Positions 1 to 11,065 of a DNA stretch of 64,000 nucleotides are shown in pieces; positions within the stretch are counted from its first letter, which is position 1; each line of letters starts with the position of its first letter. The position numbers and the translations under genes were made by a program. This DNA is from an uncultured Campylobacter sp. (GTDB taxonomy: Bacteria; Campylobacterota; Campylobacteria; Campylobacterales; Campylobacteraceae): positions 29,994 to 93,993 of the forward strand of contig NZ_CALGPY010000006.1 of assembly GCF_937959485.1 (NCBI RefSeq). Direction: 5' to 3'. Under the pieces are notes generated by a model, which was given only the letters and a program-made list of their open reading frames with translations, had not been told where the DNA came from and ran no database searches.

Positions 1-552
1 CGTATTAAAAATTCTTAGCTCCCTTGCGCGCTGCATCAAAAAATCCGCGATTTTGGTAAAGCTTTCTATCTTTTTCGTAGTCTGTGAAACGAGCGCGACG
101 CGCGAGCCAAGCTTGACGTCTTGCAGTTCCTTCGTATCCATGATCACGAATACGCGCGATTTTGCGTAGGATTTCACACCCTTTACCTCGGGATGATTTT
201 TATCGCCGAAGATTACGATATCATAGCCCTCTGCGCTCATCTTTTCTACGATCTGCTGCGGCTTGGTTACGAAAGGGCAGGTAGCGTCGATGAGCTCTTT
301 ATTTTGCGCCTTTAATCTTTGCAGATCGTCTTTTTGGATACCGTGCGTGCGGATGATGAGCTTTTGCTCGTCCTTGATCTCACTAACGCCTTCTAAGGTT
401 TTGACGCCGAAATTTTGCCTTAGCCTGTTGATCTCTTCGGCGTTATGTATCAGTTCGCCGATCGTAGCGGCCTCACCGGCGCTTTCTGCGATCTTGATCG
501 CGCGCTTGACGCCGAAGCAAAAGCCGTAGCTTTTGGCCATCTCAATCTTCAA
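1..552 (-). CDS. ispH: 4-hydroxy-3-methylbut-2-enyl diphosphate reductase IspH/LytB, N-terminal part; the gene runs off the window start
   Basis: Absent from the ORF track because it is truncated. My minus-strand translation from TTG 552 (or ATG 540) reads (M)KIEMAKSYGFCFGVKRAIKIAE...IIRTHGIQKDDL...DATCPFVTKPQQIV...VIFGDKNHPEVKG...LVSQTTK, which is typical IspH. The frame stays open to position 1. The start overlaps the aroA stop by 11 nt. Confidence 0.85.
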   Translation of the reverse strand, partial: MKIEMAKSYGFCFGVKRAIKIAESAGEAATIGELIHNAEEINRLRQNFGVKTLEGVSEIKDEQKLIIRTHGIQKDDLQRLKAQNKELIDATCPFVTKPQQIVEKMSAEGYDIVIFGDKNHPEVKGVKSYAKSRVFVIMDTKELQDVKLGSRVALVSQTTKKIESFTKIADFLMQRARELRIFNT

Positions 553-1816
553 CGCCGGCCCCGATCTGTCTTAAAATCGCGGCGAAATTCGGAAACGACG
601 TCGCGATACAATCGCTATCTTCGATGATCATCCCCGATCTTAAGCCCAAAATCGCAAAGCTCATCGCGATGCGGTGATCTCCGCACGGCGTGATAATCGC
701 TGCGTTTGCCTCGCCGCCTTCGATCTGCCAGCCGTCCTGTAGCTCGCGCGCCTTGATACCGCAGGCACGAAGCCCTTCGCAGGTTACCTTTATGCGGTCG
801 CACTCCTTCACGCGCAGCTCGGCGGCATTTCTAAGCACGCTACTTCCCTGTGCACAGGCAAAGGCGATCGCAAGCGCAGGCGCTTCATCTATCAGCCACG
901 AGATATTTTCGCTCACCTCCACGGCGTGAAGCGGCGCGTAAGCAACCTCTATATCGCCGATCTGCTCGTAAATTTCGCTTGTTTTATTAAATTTTACCTC
1001 GGCGCCCATGCGTTTTAAAATTTCATACGCCTCTATGCGGGTTTTGTTTAACAGCATATTTTTTAGCACGATGCGCGAGCCTGGGATTATCGCTGCGGCG
1101 ACGGCGAAAAAAAACGCCGAGCTTGGATCATTTGGGATAAAAATTTCAAGCGGTTTAAGCGGCAAGCTAAGCGGTGCGACTTCGATCGCAAGGTCGTTTC
1201 GCGAAATTTGCGCACCCATCGCTTTTAGCATCCGCTCGCTGTGATCACGGCTAAGCTCGGGCTCGCTAAACCTGCACCCGCTGCCGCGCAAGGCCGCTAA
1301 AATTAGAGCGGTCTTTACCTGCGCGGACGCAATCTTACTCGCGTATTCAAAATACCCAAGCTTTTGCCCCAGCACCGCAATAGGCGCCTTTTCGCCGCCT
1401 TGACGCCCGTAAATTTTAGCGCCTACTTTGCAAAGCGGATCCGCAACGCGCCTCATCGGACGCTCGCTTAGATAGCGATCGCCGCATAGCACGAAAAAGC
1501 CCTCGCGTCCCGCCAAAAAGCCCATAAATAGCCGCATAGCGGTGCCCGAGTTGCCGCAATTAAGCGGGACATTCGGCTCTTTGATAACCTCCGGCGGAGT
1601 GATTAAAATTTCGCCCGCATCGCGCTGCACGCAAGCGCCCAAAAGCTCCACTATTTTTAGTGTATTTAGCGTATCCTCGGCGGCTAGATAGTTTGAAATT
1701 TTACTCGTCCCCTCCGCTAGCAGCGAAAAGATCGCCGCACGATGAGAGATCGATTTATCCGCGGCGATATTTGAAATCTCCGCCCGCAAAGGGCTTGCTT
1801 GCGCAAAAATTCTCAT
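542..1816 (-). CDS. aroA: 3-phosphoshikimate 1-carboxyvinyltransferase (EPSP synthase)
   Basis: 424 aa ORF with EPSP synthase motifs (LNCGNSGTAMRLF, SAQVKTALILAAL, DHRIAMSFAILG). Its start overlaps the pheT stop. Confidence 0.95.
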   Translation of the reverse strand: MRIFAQASPLRAEISNIAADKSISHRAAIFSLLAEGTSKISNYLAAEDTLNTLKIVELLGACVQRDAGEILITPPEVIKEPNVPLNCGNSGTAMRLFMGFLAGREGFFVLCGDRYLSERPMRRVADPLCKVGAKIYGRQGGEKAPIAVLGQKLGYFEYASKIASAQVKTALILAALRGSGCRFSEPELSRDHSERMLKAMGAQISRNDLAIEVAPLSLPLKPLEIFIPNDPSSAFFFAVAAAIIPGSRIVLKNMLLNKTRIEAYEILKRMGAEVKFNKTSEIYEQIGDIEVAYAPLHAVEVSENISWLIDEAPALAIAFACAQGSSVLRNAAELRVKECDRIKVTCEGLRACGIKARELQDGWQIEGGEANAAIITPCGDHRIAMSFAILGLRSGMIIEDSDCIATSFPNFAAILRQIGAGVED

Positions 1817-4143
1817 CGCAGTCCAAGTCCCAGCTCGCTGCTAAGCGCGGCTAAAATTTTATCGGTAAAGCCCGCGACTTCCTCGTCGCAGAGCGTTTTT
1901 TGAAGGTCTTGAAATACAAGTCTGATCGTCAGGCTCTTTGAATCGCCCAGGCTTTCGTCACTGTAAAGATCGCTCGGGATAAATTCCTTTAGCGCCTCGA
2001 TTTTAAGGGCGTCTATGCACTCTTTGATCCGCTCGAAGCGCATTCCGCTCGGCACCAAAATGCTTAGATCGCGCGATACGCTAGGGAATTTCGAATAAAC
2101 GTCCGCTACGATATTTTTAAATTTAAGCTTTGAAAAATCGATCTCGCACAGATAGCTTTTATCCAGATCGCGCCCCGCTTCTACGGCGTAATCCACGCGC
2201 CCGATAAAGCCTACTATTTCGCCGCCATGCTCAATCTGAGCTTGCTCGAATTCGCTTAAAAATTTCAAATTTTCGCCAGGCAGCCTGACGTTAAATTTAC
2301 CGATGACGCTTTGGATTAAATTTGCAAAATACAAAAAATCCACTGCGGCAGGTTTTGCACCGGCAGCGATAGAGGGTTCGGCCTTTAGCCCGCTAGCGAT
2401 GAAGCCCAGCCTTAGGCTCTGCGCGCCGCTTTCGTCAAAGACCTCTCCTAGCTCAAAAAGCTTGACGCTTCTGCGAGAATTCTTTAAATTTCGCTCAGCA
2501 GATTCCAGCAGATGATTAATTAGCGTCGGTCTTAGCGCGTCCAGCTCGCCGTTTATCGGATTTAAAATTTTAACCTTGCACGGCGCAAAGCCTAAATTCT
2601 CTAGCGCTTTTCCGTCGTCAAATACATAATGCACGCACTCGAAAAATCCTACTGCTGCCGCCTTGCTACGAAGCTTGCGTACATTACATAAGCTTACGTA
2701 GGTATCGTTTAGGCGGTTTTTTTCGTAGAAGCTTAGCGGCGCTGCGGCGATATTATCGATGCCCACGATACGCACGATCTCCTCGCACACGTCGTGGGAA
2801 TTTACGATATCGTGGCGGAAAGGCGGCACCTTGGCGGTGATGAGATCGGCTTCGACGCCCACATCAAAGCCCAGCCTTTTTAAAATTTTTACGATCTTGT
2901 CGCGTGGAATTTGCGCGCCGATCATTGAGTTTATCTCTTTTTCGCTAAAGCCCACGATAAGCGGTTCCAAAGCATTTGAAATCTTTTGTGTGCCCGCATA
3001 TAGGCTCACGGCTTTATTTTTAAGTAGCAATCTAAATAGCAGATCGAGCCCTAGCCTAAGCTTTGGCTCGCTGCCTCTACTTGAGCGATACACATGCTCG
3101 TCGCCTTTTAGGCCTTTGTTTTCGTTTACTGCTTTGGCGATAATTAGTGGCGCGGTGTAGTTTGCCTCTAATAGCACCACTTTGCTACTGCAACACGCCT
3201 TTAGCTCCGCGTCTTGGCAAATCCCTGCTACGCTAAGCAATCTCTTGCCCGCATAAACGCCGAACTCACCGTTTGGCATAGGCTTTATGTCAAGCGCTAC
3301 CTTGCCATCTGCGGAAGCGATCTTTTCAAAATCATAAGCACGCAGCAACACTCCGGTAGAATGAGTAGCGTAGTTGATGAAATTTTGCACCGCGCAGCTT
3401 TGCAAAATACCAACGCTTGCAAGACGCAAGGTCTGCTTTAAATTTAACTTCAGCTCGCCTTTGATCTCATAAGCTCGAAAAGCAAATTTAGCGCTTACCT
3501 CATCGCTTGCACGTACGCTTAAAATTCTACCGATACCAGGCGCTCCGTCGGCATCTTCAAATTCGTGCTTTTCCTTTAGCGGCAGATCAAGCGCTGCGCT
3601 TAGATCGCGCGCTACGCCTAAGATGCTAAGGCAGTCGCCGCGGTTGGGAGTAAGCTCGATCTCGATGACGTCGTCGTTAAAAATTTCATACTCGCGCAGC
3701 TCCTTGCCGAGCACGAGCTCGCCGATGCTGCTATCAAGCACCATAATGCCGTCATTTGTTTTAGCAAGCCCAAGCTCCGTTGCCGAACAGATCATGCCGA
3801 AGCTCTCCACTCCGCGAAGTTTGGCGGGCTTTATCTCAAGGCCGCTAGGCAGCACGGCGCCGATGAGGCTAACCGCGACGTATTGCCCAGCCTCGACGTT
3901 TTTCGCGCCGCAGACGATCTGCAGGCTCTGCTCGCCGACGTCCACTTCGCAGACGTTTAGATGATCGGAATTTTCGTGGCGATGCTTGCTTTTTACGAGC
4001 CCCACGACGACGCTAGCGGGAAGCGAAATTTTATCGTGCGCGTCGACTTCGAGGCCGATAGAGTTTAGCGTAGCGGCCAGCTTCTCGCTTGAAATTTCTC
4101 CTATGTCGATCCACTCTCGTAGCCAATTTCTCGTTATTATCAT
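1813..4143 (-). CDS. pheT: phenylalanine--tRNA ligase beta subunit
   Basis: 776 aa. N-terminus [14 protein letters not shown], tRNA-binding domain (VCGAKNV), and B3/4, B5 and C-terminal anticodon-binding-like regions. Overlaps the pheS stop. Confidence 0.97.
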   Translation of the reverse strand: MIITRNWLREWIDIGEISSEKLAATLNSIGLEVDAHDKISLPASVVVGLVKSKHRHENSDHLNVCEVDVGEQSLQIVCGAKNVEAGQYVAVSLIGAVLPSGLEIKPAKLRGVESFGMICSATELGLAKTNDGIMVLDSSIGELVLGKELREYEIFNDDVIEIELTPNRGDCLSILGVARDLSAALDLPLKEKHEFEDADGAPGIGRILSVRASDEVSAKFAFRAYEIKGELKLNLKQTLRLASVGILQSCAVQNFINYATHSTGVLLRAYDFEKIASADGKVALDIKPMPNGEFGVYAGKRLLSVAGICQDAELKACCSSKVVLLEANYTAPLIIAKAVNENKGLKGDEHVYRSSRGSEPKLRLGLDLLFRLLLKNKAVSLYAGTQKISNALEPLIVGFSEKEINSMIGAQIPRDKIVKILKRLGFDVGVEADLITAKVPPFRHDIVNSHDVCEEIVRIVGIDNIAAAPLSFYEKNRLNDTYVSLCNVRKLRSKAAAVGFFECVHYVFDDGKALENLGFAPCKVKILNPINGELDALRPTLINHLLESAERNLKNSRRSVKLFELGEVFDESGAQSLRLGFIASGLKAEPSIAAGAKPAAVDFLYFANLIQSVIGKFNVRLPGENLKFLSEFEQAQIEHGGEIVGFIGRVDYAVEAGRDLDKSYLCEIDFSKLKFKNIVADVYSKFPSVSRDLSILVPSGMRFERIKECIDALKIEALKEFIPSDLYSDESLGDSKSLTIRLVFQDLQKTLCDEEVAGFTDKILAALSSELGLGLR

Positions 4144-5135
4144 TTAAACTGCTCCAATAATCTAATATCGCCTTCAAATAGCGAGCGCAGATCGGGGATG
4201 CCGTGCAGCAGCATCGCAAAGCGCTCGACGCCGAGCCCGAATGCGTATCCGCTGACGTTTTTCCAGCCCACCGCTTTAAAGACGTTAGGATCGACCACGC
4301 CGCTGCCTAGCACCTCAAGCCAGCCCGTCTGCTTACAGACGCGGCATCCATGGCCATGGCAGAAAATACAGCTGATATCGACCTCCGTACTCGGCTCCGT
4401 AAACGGAAAGAAGCTCGGACGGAAGCGGACTTGGACGCTACCGAACATATAGCGCAAAAATTCCTCCAAAACGTATTTTAAATTTGCGAAGCTCACGCGG
4501 TCTCCCTGCTCGACTACTAGACCCTCCACTTGATGAAACATCGGCGTATGGGTTAGATCCATATCGCGGCGAAAGACCGCACCCGGGGCGATCATACGCA
4601 CCGGCGGAGCTTTAAATTTCTCCATCGTGCGGATCTGAACGCCACTGGTGTGCGTGCGCAATAGCCGTCCGTCATTTAGATAAAACGTATCTTGCATATC
4701 GCGCGCCGGGTGGTATTTGGGTAAATTTAGCGCCTCGAAATTATGAAAATCGTCCTCGATGAGCGGGCCGCTTTCGACGCTGAAATTTTGCGCGATGAAG
4801 TAGTCTATGATCTTATCCATCGTCTCCATCACGGGATGCAGCGCGCCGCAGCTTACGTTTTCGTTAAAAAGCGTGACGTCGCTCGCTTCATTTTTCATCG
4901 CCTCTTTTTGCTCCGCCTCTTCCAAGCTCGCCTTTTTAGCGGCGATGAGCTCGCTGAAATAATCGCGCTTTTCATTTGCGCTTACGGCAAGCTCTTTTTT
5001 CTGCTCGGGCGCTGCGGATTTGAGCTCGGCAAAAAGCGCCGTTACGATGCCTTTTTTGCCGAAAAGCTCCAAGCGCACGGCTTCCAGCTCGCTTAGGCTC
5101 GATGCAGCGCCGATTTTTGCTTTAATCTCTTGCAA
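4140..5135 (-). CDS. pheS: phenylalanine--tRNA ligase alpha subunit
   Basis: 331 aa with class II aaRS motifs ([52 protein letters not shown]). Confidence 0.97.
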   Translation of the reverse strand: MQEIKAKIGAASSLSELEAVRLELFGKKGIVTALFAELKSAAPEQKKELAVSANEKRDYFSELIAAKKASLEEAEQKEAMKNEASDVTLFNENVSCGALHPVMETMDKIIDYFIAQNFSVESGPLIEDDFHNFEALNLPKYHPARDMQDTFYLNDGRLLRTHTSGVQIRTMEKFKAPPVRMIAPGAVFRRDMDLTHTPMFHQVEGLVVEQGDRVSFANLKYVLEEFLRYMFGSVQVRFRPSFFPFTEPSTEVDISCIFCHGHGCRVCKQTGWLEVLGSGVVDPNVFKAVGWKNVSGYAFGLGVERFAMLLHGIPDLRSLFEGDIRLLEQFK

Positions 5136-5264
5136 ATTCTATCCTTGTAGTTAAATTTAATGGCGCGATTGTAGTTAAAATTTGATAAAAGCTAGGTAAA
5201 TTTGCGTGTTTGGATTTTTTGGCTATAATCGCGGCTAAATTTCAACCTCATAAAAGGATCTAAA

Positions 5265-5621
5265 ATGAACGTCTTCGAAAAGATCGTAAACGGCGAAATC
5301 CCGTGCAACAAAGTGCTAGAGAACGATGAATTTTTGGCTTTCCACGATATCAACCCAAAAGCGCCGATCCACATCCTGGCGATCTCTAAAAAATGCTACG
5401 AAAACTTCCAAGTAACGCCACCTGAAGTGATGGCGAAGATGAGCGCTTTCATCCAAGAAGTAACTCGCAAAATGGGGCTTGATAAGAGTGGATACCGTCT
5501 CGTTTGCAACTGCGGCGAAAACGGAGGTCAAGAGGTGATGCATCTGCACTTTCATATCCTGGGCGGAATGAAGCTACCGTGGGACCGCGTCAGCGACCGC
5601 AATACCGAAGAGAATTTTTAA
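5265..5621 (+). CDS. HIT (histidine triad) family nucleotide-binding protein
   Basis: 118 aa with the histidine triad HLHFHILGG and a HinT-like N-terminus (FEKIVNGEIP). An AAAGGA ribosome-binding site lies upstream. Confidence 0.9.
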   Translation: MNVFEKIVNGEIPCNKVLENDEFLAFHDINPKAPIHILAISKKCYENFQVTPPEVMAKMSAFIQEVTRKMGLDKSGYRLVCNCGENGGQEVMHLHFHILGGMKLPWDRVSDRNTEENF

Positions 5622-6133
5622 GGCTAGAGCTCAATTCTATAAAAACTAAAATTCCGTGAAATTATAAAATTTTACGGAATTTGCGAAATTCTTTGAAATT
5701 TTTAAAATTCCGCTTCATTTATAAGCACCGAGGTTTTAAAAATAATCAAAATAGTAAAACTATAAGCTAAAATTTATCATCAGACGCTAAAAAGAAATAC
5801 AAATTTATCACAGACGATCTCTTAGCAAATACCATTCTTGAGCTGCAAAGCTTTAGCTCTTAGAATTTTTACGGCTATGAAATTTGAAATCGACAAGAAA
5901 TTTTAACGATGCGGCAAAATTTTAAATGAAACCGAGCTTTATAAAAAGAGTTATGATTTTACATGGCGAATGAGCTAGATTTCAACGATATGAAATTTAA
6001 AACCTACATGAATTTTGCTTTGAATGAGCGATTTAGCTTCAGTTTTCAAGCATAATTTAAAATTTTAGCGTGAAATTATAATCTTAGAATTTTAAAATTT
6101 CTTGAAATTTCAATATTAACTTTAATGGATTTT

Positions 6134-6150
6134 AGGGGCATGTGCCCCTA
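6134..6150 (-). terminator. GC-rich palindrome downstream of dps (AGGGGCATGTGCCCCT), possible terminator
   Basis: Perfect 7-bp stem with a 2-nt centre, 26 nt after the dps stop, flanked by A/T runs. There is no clean U-tail in the minus sense. Confidence 0.35.
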
Positions 6151-6175
6151 AAAATTTTGAAAGGATTTGCAAGGA

Positions 6176-6619
6176 TTATTTACTTAGCATTGAGCTTAGC
6201 ATCCATAGGCGTTTTTCATAATCGCCGTAGTGATCCTGCGCGATATTTGAAGTAGTATCGTCGCCCTCTGCTTCGGCTACCTCTTGAAGCTTTTTAAACT
6301 CTTTTACCAAATACTCGTAGGCTTTTTTGACGTTCTCAAGTACTTCGGTTACGCCGTAGCTGTCCTTTGCGCTGATCGGCGCGTCTTTTGAAAGCTCGAT
6401 CAGATCCTTGGTCTTAGTTACCGCCTTGCCGCCTATCATTAACGCGCGCTCGGCCATATCGTCGAAAAGCTCGCCCATCTCATCGTAGGCCTCCTCTGTG
6501 TAAGCATGAACCTGCGCGAATTGCAAGCCTTTAACATTCCAGTGATAATCGTGAAATGCGACAAAGAGCGCATGAGCGTCCGCCTGAAGTTTGTTTAATT
6601 GTTTTACTGTTTTTGACAT
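6176..6619 (-). CDS. dps: Dps family DNA-binding ferritin-like protein
   Basis: 147 aa. LNKLQADAHALFVAFHDYHWNVKG and ferroxidase-site residues (DDMAERA) are typical of Dps/NapA. Confidence 0.9.
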   Translation of the reverse strand: MSKTVKQLNKLQADAHALFVAFHDYHWNVKGLQFAQVHAYTEEAYDEMGELFDDMAERALMIGGKAVTKTKDLIELSKDAPISAKDSYGVTEVLENVKKAYEYLVKEFKKLQEVAEAEGDDTTSNIAQDHYGDYEKRLWMLSSMLSK

Positions 6620-6787
6620 TGTGTCTCCTTTATTTAAAATTGCTGTAATTATAGCAAGATTTGCTTAAATTATAATTATACTAAGTAATAAATTTTATCT
6701 TTTAGTGAAATTTTAAAATTAAATGGCTTTTAAATTTATCTACAATTTTTTTGAAATTTCAGCTATGCTGCATTATAATGCCGCATT

Positions 6788-7705
6788 ATGAAAAACAAAT
6801 TTATGATAACCATAACCGACCTTAACGGCTCTAGGAATTTTTTGCTTTCGCAAATCATCAAAAAGATCGCGTTATATCTGGTGCTATTTGTTTTTACTAT
6901 TTTCATCACGGGTGCGTTATATATCAGGTATCTGGGCTCTAAAATCGATAGCCTTTCGCGAACCAAAACCGAGCTTAACGAGCTAAATCAAAAACTTCGC
7001 GACGGTATCGCGGCAAGTCAGATGGAATTTGAAGCCATCGAGGGTAAAATTTCGGATTTGGAGCATCAGTTCGGGCTTGATCCTGAGGAGGATGAGCGCG
7101 CGATCGACCGCCTATCTCACATCAAGCCTACTTCCGAACAAGAGATCAAAGAGCGTGCGCAAAAGATCATCAACGAAAAATTCTCCGACGCACTGATCAA
7201 AGAAATTTTTATGCAGATCCCAAACGGCAGGGTCATGCGCACTCATCAACTCAGCGAGAAATTTGGCTGGCGCAACCATCCTATCTTAAAACGCAAGCAG
7301 TTTCACCCAGGCGTTGATCTACGCACTCCGCCCAAAACACCTATCTATGCGCCTGCAGATGGTATCATCCAATACAGCGGCGCGGGCGCTACTGGCTACG
7401 GCAATCTAGTCGAGATCCGCCATAACTACGGCTTTACGACACGATATGCGCATTTGGATTCAAATTTAACTCGCAAAGTAGGCGAGTTTGTAAACAAAGG
7501 TGATCTCATCGCTTTTAGCGGTAATACCGGACTTAGCACAGGACCTCATCTGCACTACGAGATTAGATTTTTGCAGCTGCCGCTAGATCCGCTAAATTTC
7601 ATCAACTGGAACGAAAAAAATTACAAAGAAATTTTTACTAAGGAGGAAGATGTCCCATGGCAATCTTTAATAAAGGCGATGCAAACACCGCTCAAACAAC
7701 AATAA
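6788..7705 (+). CDS. M23 family (LytM-type) peptidoglycan metallopeptidase with an N-terminal TM segment and coiled coil
   Basis: 305 aa with M23 motifs HPGVDL, GNLVEIRHNYGFTTRYAHL and GNTGLSTGPHLHYEIR. Confidence 0.85.
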   Translation: MKNKFMITITDLNGSRNFLLSQIIKKIALYLVLFVFTIFITGALYIRYLGSKIDSLSRTKTELNELNQKLRDGIAASQMEFEAIEGKISDLEHQFGLDPEEDERAIDRLSHIKPTSEQEIKERAQKIINEKFSDALIKEIFMQIPNGRVMRTHQLSEKFGWRNHPILKRKQFHPGVDLRTPPKTPIYAPADGIIQYSGAGATGYGNLVEIRHNYGFTTRYAHLDSNLTRKVGEFVNKGDLIAFSGNTGLSTGPHLHYEIRFLQLPLDPLNFINWNEKNYKEIFTKEEDVPWQSLIKAMQTPLKQQ

Positions 7706-8073
7706 TCTCGTCAGGCACGCTCATCAAAGGAGAGCTACACCTGTCGTGCATTTTGCATATCGACGGCAATGTCGAAGGCGACGTGATCTCCGATAATACT
7801 GTCGTCATCGGTAAAAATGGTACCGCGCGCGGCTCGATTAGGGCCAAACATATCGTAATCAGCGGCAAATTTTTCGGTAATATCGAAGCCGAGCTCGTCG
7901 AGCTACTAGGCGGCGGCGTGCTCGTGGGCGACGTGCTATCGCAAAGCTTCGGCATCGAAGTCGGCGCAAAATTTAATGGAAAAAGCGCTGTAAGTGGCGG
8001 CGATCAAGCCCTAGTCATCGACGGCAGCGCAAGCGAAGACGTCAAGCTCATCGACAAAGCTCTAGGCGAATAA
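7657..8073 (+). CDS. ccmA: bactofilin (CcmA-like polymer-forming cytoskeletal protein)
   Basis: 138 aa with beta-helical bactofilin repeats (IKGELHLSCILHIDGNVEGDV...IVISGKFFGNIEA). An AAGGAGG ribosome-binding site is present. It overlaps the 3' end of the M23 peptidase gene, the same pairing as in the Helicobacter csd/ccmA cell-shape loci. Confidence 0.85.
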   Translation: MAIFNKGDANTAQTTIISSGTLIKGELHLSCILHIDGNVEGDVISDNTVVIGKNGTARGSIRAKHIVISGKFFGNIEAELVELLGGGVLVGDVLSQSFGIEVGAKFNGKSAVSGGDQALVIDGSASEDVKLIDKALGE

Positions 8074-8683
8074 ATCGCGCATATTTGGAATTCTTGGGAT
8101 TTAAAAAAGCTTTAGCTAACGGGGTTTTAGAATCTGATTGATATTAAAATTTTAAAATTTCTAGCCTTTGGAATTCTTAGAATTTTAAAGATTTTTATAT
8201 TTGCGAGATCTTAGGGTGTCATCAATCTTAAAATTTGGAATTTTAAAAAATTCCAAATTTTAAAATCCTCACAACCAAAATTATTGAAATTTTTAAGCTT
8301 TGAAATTTTCGAAATTTTAAAGCTTAAATATGCTTAAAATTTAAGAATTACGCAGATCGTAAAACCCTAAATCCTAAAATTTTGCGCTTACATGGGATTT
8401 TGAAATTTTGCTTGTAAGCCGGATTTTAAAATTCGCGCCCAGCTGAATTTAAAATTTTAAAATTTCGCCGCAAAATAACGCATGGACGCAAAATTTCTGC
8501 TCGCACATACTTTAAAAGCTCGCGTAAGTTTTAAGTTTCGCAGAAGCTATGTAAGCAAGTATAAATTATCTACGCCGAGTGCTTTGACTCGTTATAGCTC
8601 TTTGTGCCACCAGCTTAAAATATCCGCGAGGTGATAAATTCCGCGGACTGAGCTAATTTAAGCCCATTATTAGATTAGTTATG

Positions 8684-8689
8684 TATAAT
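8684..8689 (+). promoter_or_regulatory. candidate -10 box (TATAAT, preceded by TG) for tRNA-Ser
   Basis: atgTATAATgcg lies 15 nt upstream of the mature tRNA 5' end. Confidence 0.35.
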
Positions 8690-8704
8690 GCGATTTCTTT
8701 TTGT

Positions 8705-8795
8705 GGACAGATGGGTGAGTGGCCGAAACCACACCCCTGCTAAGGGTGCAGCTTCTAACCGGGGCTCGAGGGTTCAAATCCCTCTCTGTCCGCCA
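8705..8795 (+). tRNA. tRNA-Ser (anticodon GCU)
   Basis: Hand-folded. Acceptor GGACAGA/TCTGTCC, anticodon stem CACCC/GGGTG with loop CTGCTAA, long variable arm, T-arm GAGGG-TTCAAAT-CCCTC, encoded CCA. Confidence 0.9.
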
Positions 8796-8848
8796 CCAAT
8801 TCAAAATTTTTAAATCAATAAAATTTCACTTCCGTGGTTCAGTCGATT

Positions 8849-9478
8849 CTAGCCGCCTAGGATACTGCCTAACAGCAGCACCGGCATCATTAGCGGCATT
8901 ACAATGAACCCTTGTATATCGGTATCCATTTTCGCATCGCGCTCGCTTTTGATCCCGCTATCGACCGCTATACGCGCAGGGTACTCGATCGGCACGCCTA
9001 GGCGGTGTGATCTGCGCAGCTCGTCGTGATCTTTTAGGCGCTTAAAATATTTGCCTTCGATCAGATAAGAGTAGCGAAACGTAGAGCTATACGCGGGCTC
9101 CAGCTGCTCTGGGTCGTCCATCAGCTTAGCCTGCACGGATAGCGGCAGATCGTATTTTACGAGCTCGATTTCGTGCTGGATATACGCAGCATCGCTGCCC
9201 TCGTTATATCTGTCGATCGTGAGCATACTTACGTTGCGCCTTATCGCGTCTTTATTCAGCGACGCCAGACTCGCGACCTTGGCGCGCACAGCGCTGAGAT
9301 TCGCATCAAATACGTAATCGTAAATCTCGCCGCTCATACGCAGCTGACCGCCAGATGCCGCGCTCATCGCGACGATGTGCTCGCGCCCTTGCATGTAGCC
9401 CGGCAAATTCTTACTCGCACATCCGCTAAAAATTCCACAGCATAGCGCCAAAAGCGCGCCATAAATCCAAAATTTCAT
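8849..9478 (-). CDS. putative lipoprotein, function unknown
   Basis: 209 aa. Signal peptide with lipobox (MKFWIYGALLALCCGIFSGC). Confidence 0.6.
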   Translation of the reverse strand: MKFWIYGALLALCCGIFSGCASKNLPGYMQGREHIVAMSAASGGQLRMSGEIYDYVFDANLSAVRAKVASLASLNKDAIRRNVSMLTIDRYNEGSDAAYIQHEIELVKYDLPLSVQAKLMDDPEQLEPAYSSTFRYSYLIEGKYFKRLKDHDELRRSHRLGVPIEYPARIAVDSGIKSERDAKMDTDIQGFIVMPLMMPVLLLGSILGG

Positions 9479-9847
9479 AAACTTCCTTTGTAAAATTTAA
9501 AGACGGATTGTATTAAATTTTGCCTTAACGAGAGTGGAATTTTACGGTGCGGCAGAATAGAATTCTGCGGCGGAATTCTATGGCGGCGCGTAGAATTTCG
9601 CGCGGATTTGTATAAAATTACGATGAATTTCGTAAGAGCTGAAGCCGGAATGCGCGGAAGAGGCAAAATAAGCGCAATGGCACTACCGAGATTTTAAAAT
9701 TTTAAAATCTCGAGGAAATTTCGCGGAAAGAGACGAGTCATTTGCACGTCAAAACTTAACCATCATCGCGAGCTTGCTTTTAAATTTTAAAATTTTACGA
9801 CAGGCTTTAGAATTTAAAATCCAAAGCCCTTTTTGATATGCGGCGCG

Positions 9848-11065
9848 CTACTTTCGATTTGCGTTAGCAAGCATCAGTTTTATGCGGTTTTCTTGATTTA
9901 CCGCGCTTGCGCCCGGGTCGTAATCGATCGCGGCGATGTTTGCTTGCGGGTAGTTCTGCTTGATCTTTCGGATCATTCCGCGCGCGATGATGTGGTTTGG
10001 CAGGCAGCCAAAGGGCTGCGCGCACACGACGTTTTGTATGCCGTGACGCATAAACTCGACCATCTCCGCCGTCAGCAGCCAGCCCTCACCCATCTTCACG
10101 CCGTGACCGATGTAGCCGTCGGCGGCGGCGCGAACCTCGCTAAATGGGCTCGGTGCGCGAAAGCCGAAACGCTTCATCTGCTTAATCATCATGCGCTGGA
10201 AAAATTCCACTACTTTAGCGACCGCGAGCGAGCCGTAATACGCCGCGCCGCCCTTGCCGTAGAGCTGCTTGTCGTAGACCGCATCGTAGATACAGGTAAG
10301 CACGAAGTCCATCAGCCCCGTATTTACGGGCTCGGCGTTTTCGCGGATAAGGTAGGCGTTTAGGCCGTTGTTGCCGATGGGCGAGTATTTGAGATAAATT
10401 TCGCCCACGATGCCCACTTTTACTCGCGGCTTATCGTCGCGCTCGATTTTAGCAAACTGCGAGAGGACAAATTTGAAATTTTTCTTGAGATTGAAAAATG
10501 ATCTTTGATCAGTCAAATTTTTGATCCGCTCGGCGCAGAGTTCGTAAATTTCATTCGTTTGGTTTTTGATCTTTTCGTAGGGCTTGCACTGATTATACAG
10601 CCCCATCATCAAATCGCCGTAAAATATTGCGGCGAAGAGCTTTAGAAGCGATTTTTTTCCGAGGCTAAATTCATTCTCATCTAGCGAGCCGAAATTTAAC
10701 GAGATCGCGGGGACGTAGCTAAAGCCGCTGTCCTCAAGCGCTTTGCGAAGCAAATTTATATAGTTGCTCGCTCTGCAGCCGCCGCCCGTTTGGCTGATGA
10801 GAAGCGCTACCTTGTGCGTATCGAACTCGCCACTTTTGAGCGCGTCGATGAACTGCCCGATGACGAGTAGCGCGGGGTAGCACATATCGTTGTGGACGCT
10901 GCGAAGCCCCTCCTCGACGATATTTTGACGATTTTCGCCGAGCAAGACGCTCTTATAGCCCTCGTCGCGCAGCACCCCCTGCATAAAGCGAAAGTGCGGA
11001 TCGATCATTGTGGGGATCAATATCGTGTGGGTCGCTTTCATATCTTTCGTAAATTTAGCAAACAT
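9848..11065 (-). CDS. 2-hydroxyacyl-CoA dehydratase-family / activase-related protein
   Basis: 405 aa. Its start abuts the stop of the upstream activase gene. The overall pattern is that of the dehydratase-like partner normally paired with BadF/BcrA-type activases. Assigned from memory of the family, not from a search. Confidence 0.7.
   Translation of the reverse strand: MFAKFTKDMKATHTILIPTMIDPHFRFMQGVLRDEGYKSVLLGENRQNIVEEGLRSVHNDMCYPALLVIGQFIDALKSGEFDTHKVALLISQTGGGCRASNYINLLRKALEDSGFSYVPAISLNFGSLDENEFSLGKKSLLKLFAAIFYGDLMMGLYNQCKPYEKIKNQTNEIYELCAERIKNLTDQRSFFNLKKNFKFVLSQFAKIERDDKPRVKVGIVGEIYLKYSPIGNNGLNAYLIRENAEPVNTGLMDFVLTCIYDAVYDKQLYGKGGAAYYGSLAVAKVVEFFQRMMIKQMKRFGFRAPSPFSEVRAAADGYIGHGVKMGEGWLLTAEMVEFMRHGIQNVVCAQPFGCLPNHIIARGMIRKIKQNYPQANIAAIDYDPGASAVNQENRIKLMLANANRK

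Noticed and set aside
8719-8907. 62-aa ORF on the plus strand
   Set aside because: It starts inside the tRNA-Ser gene and runs into the convergent lipoprotein gene, so it is spurious.
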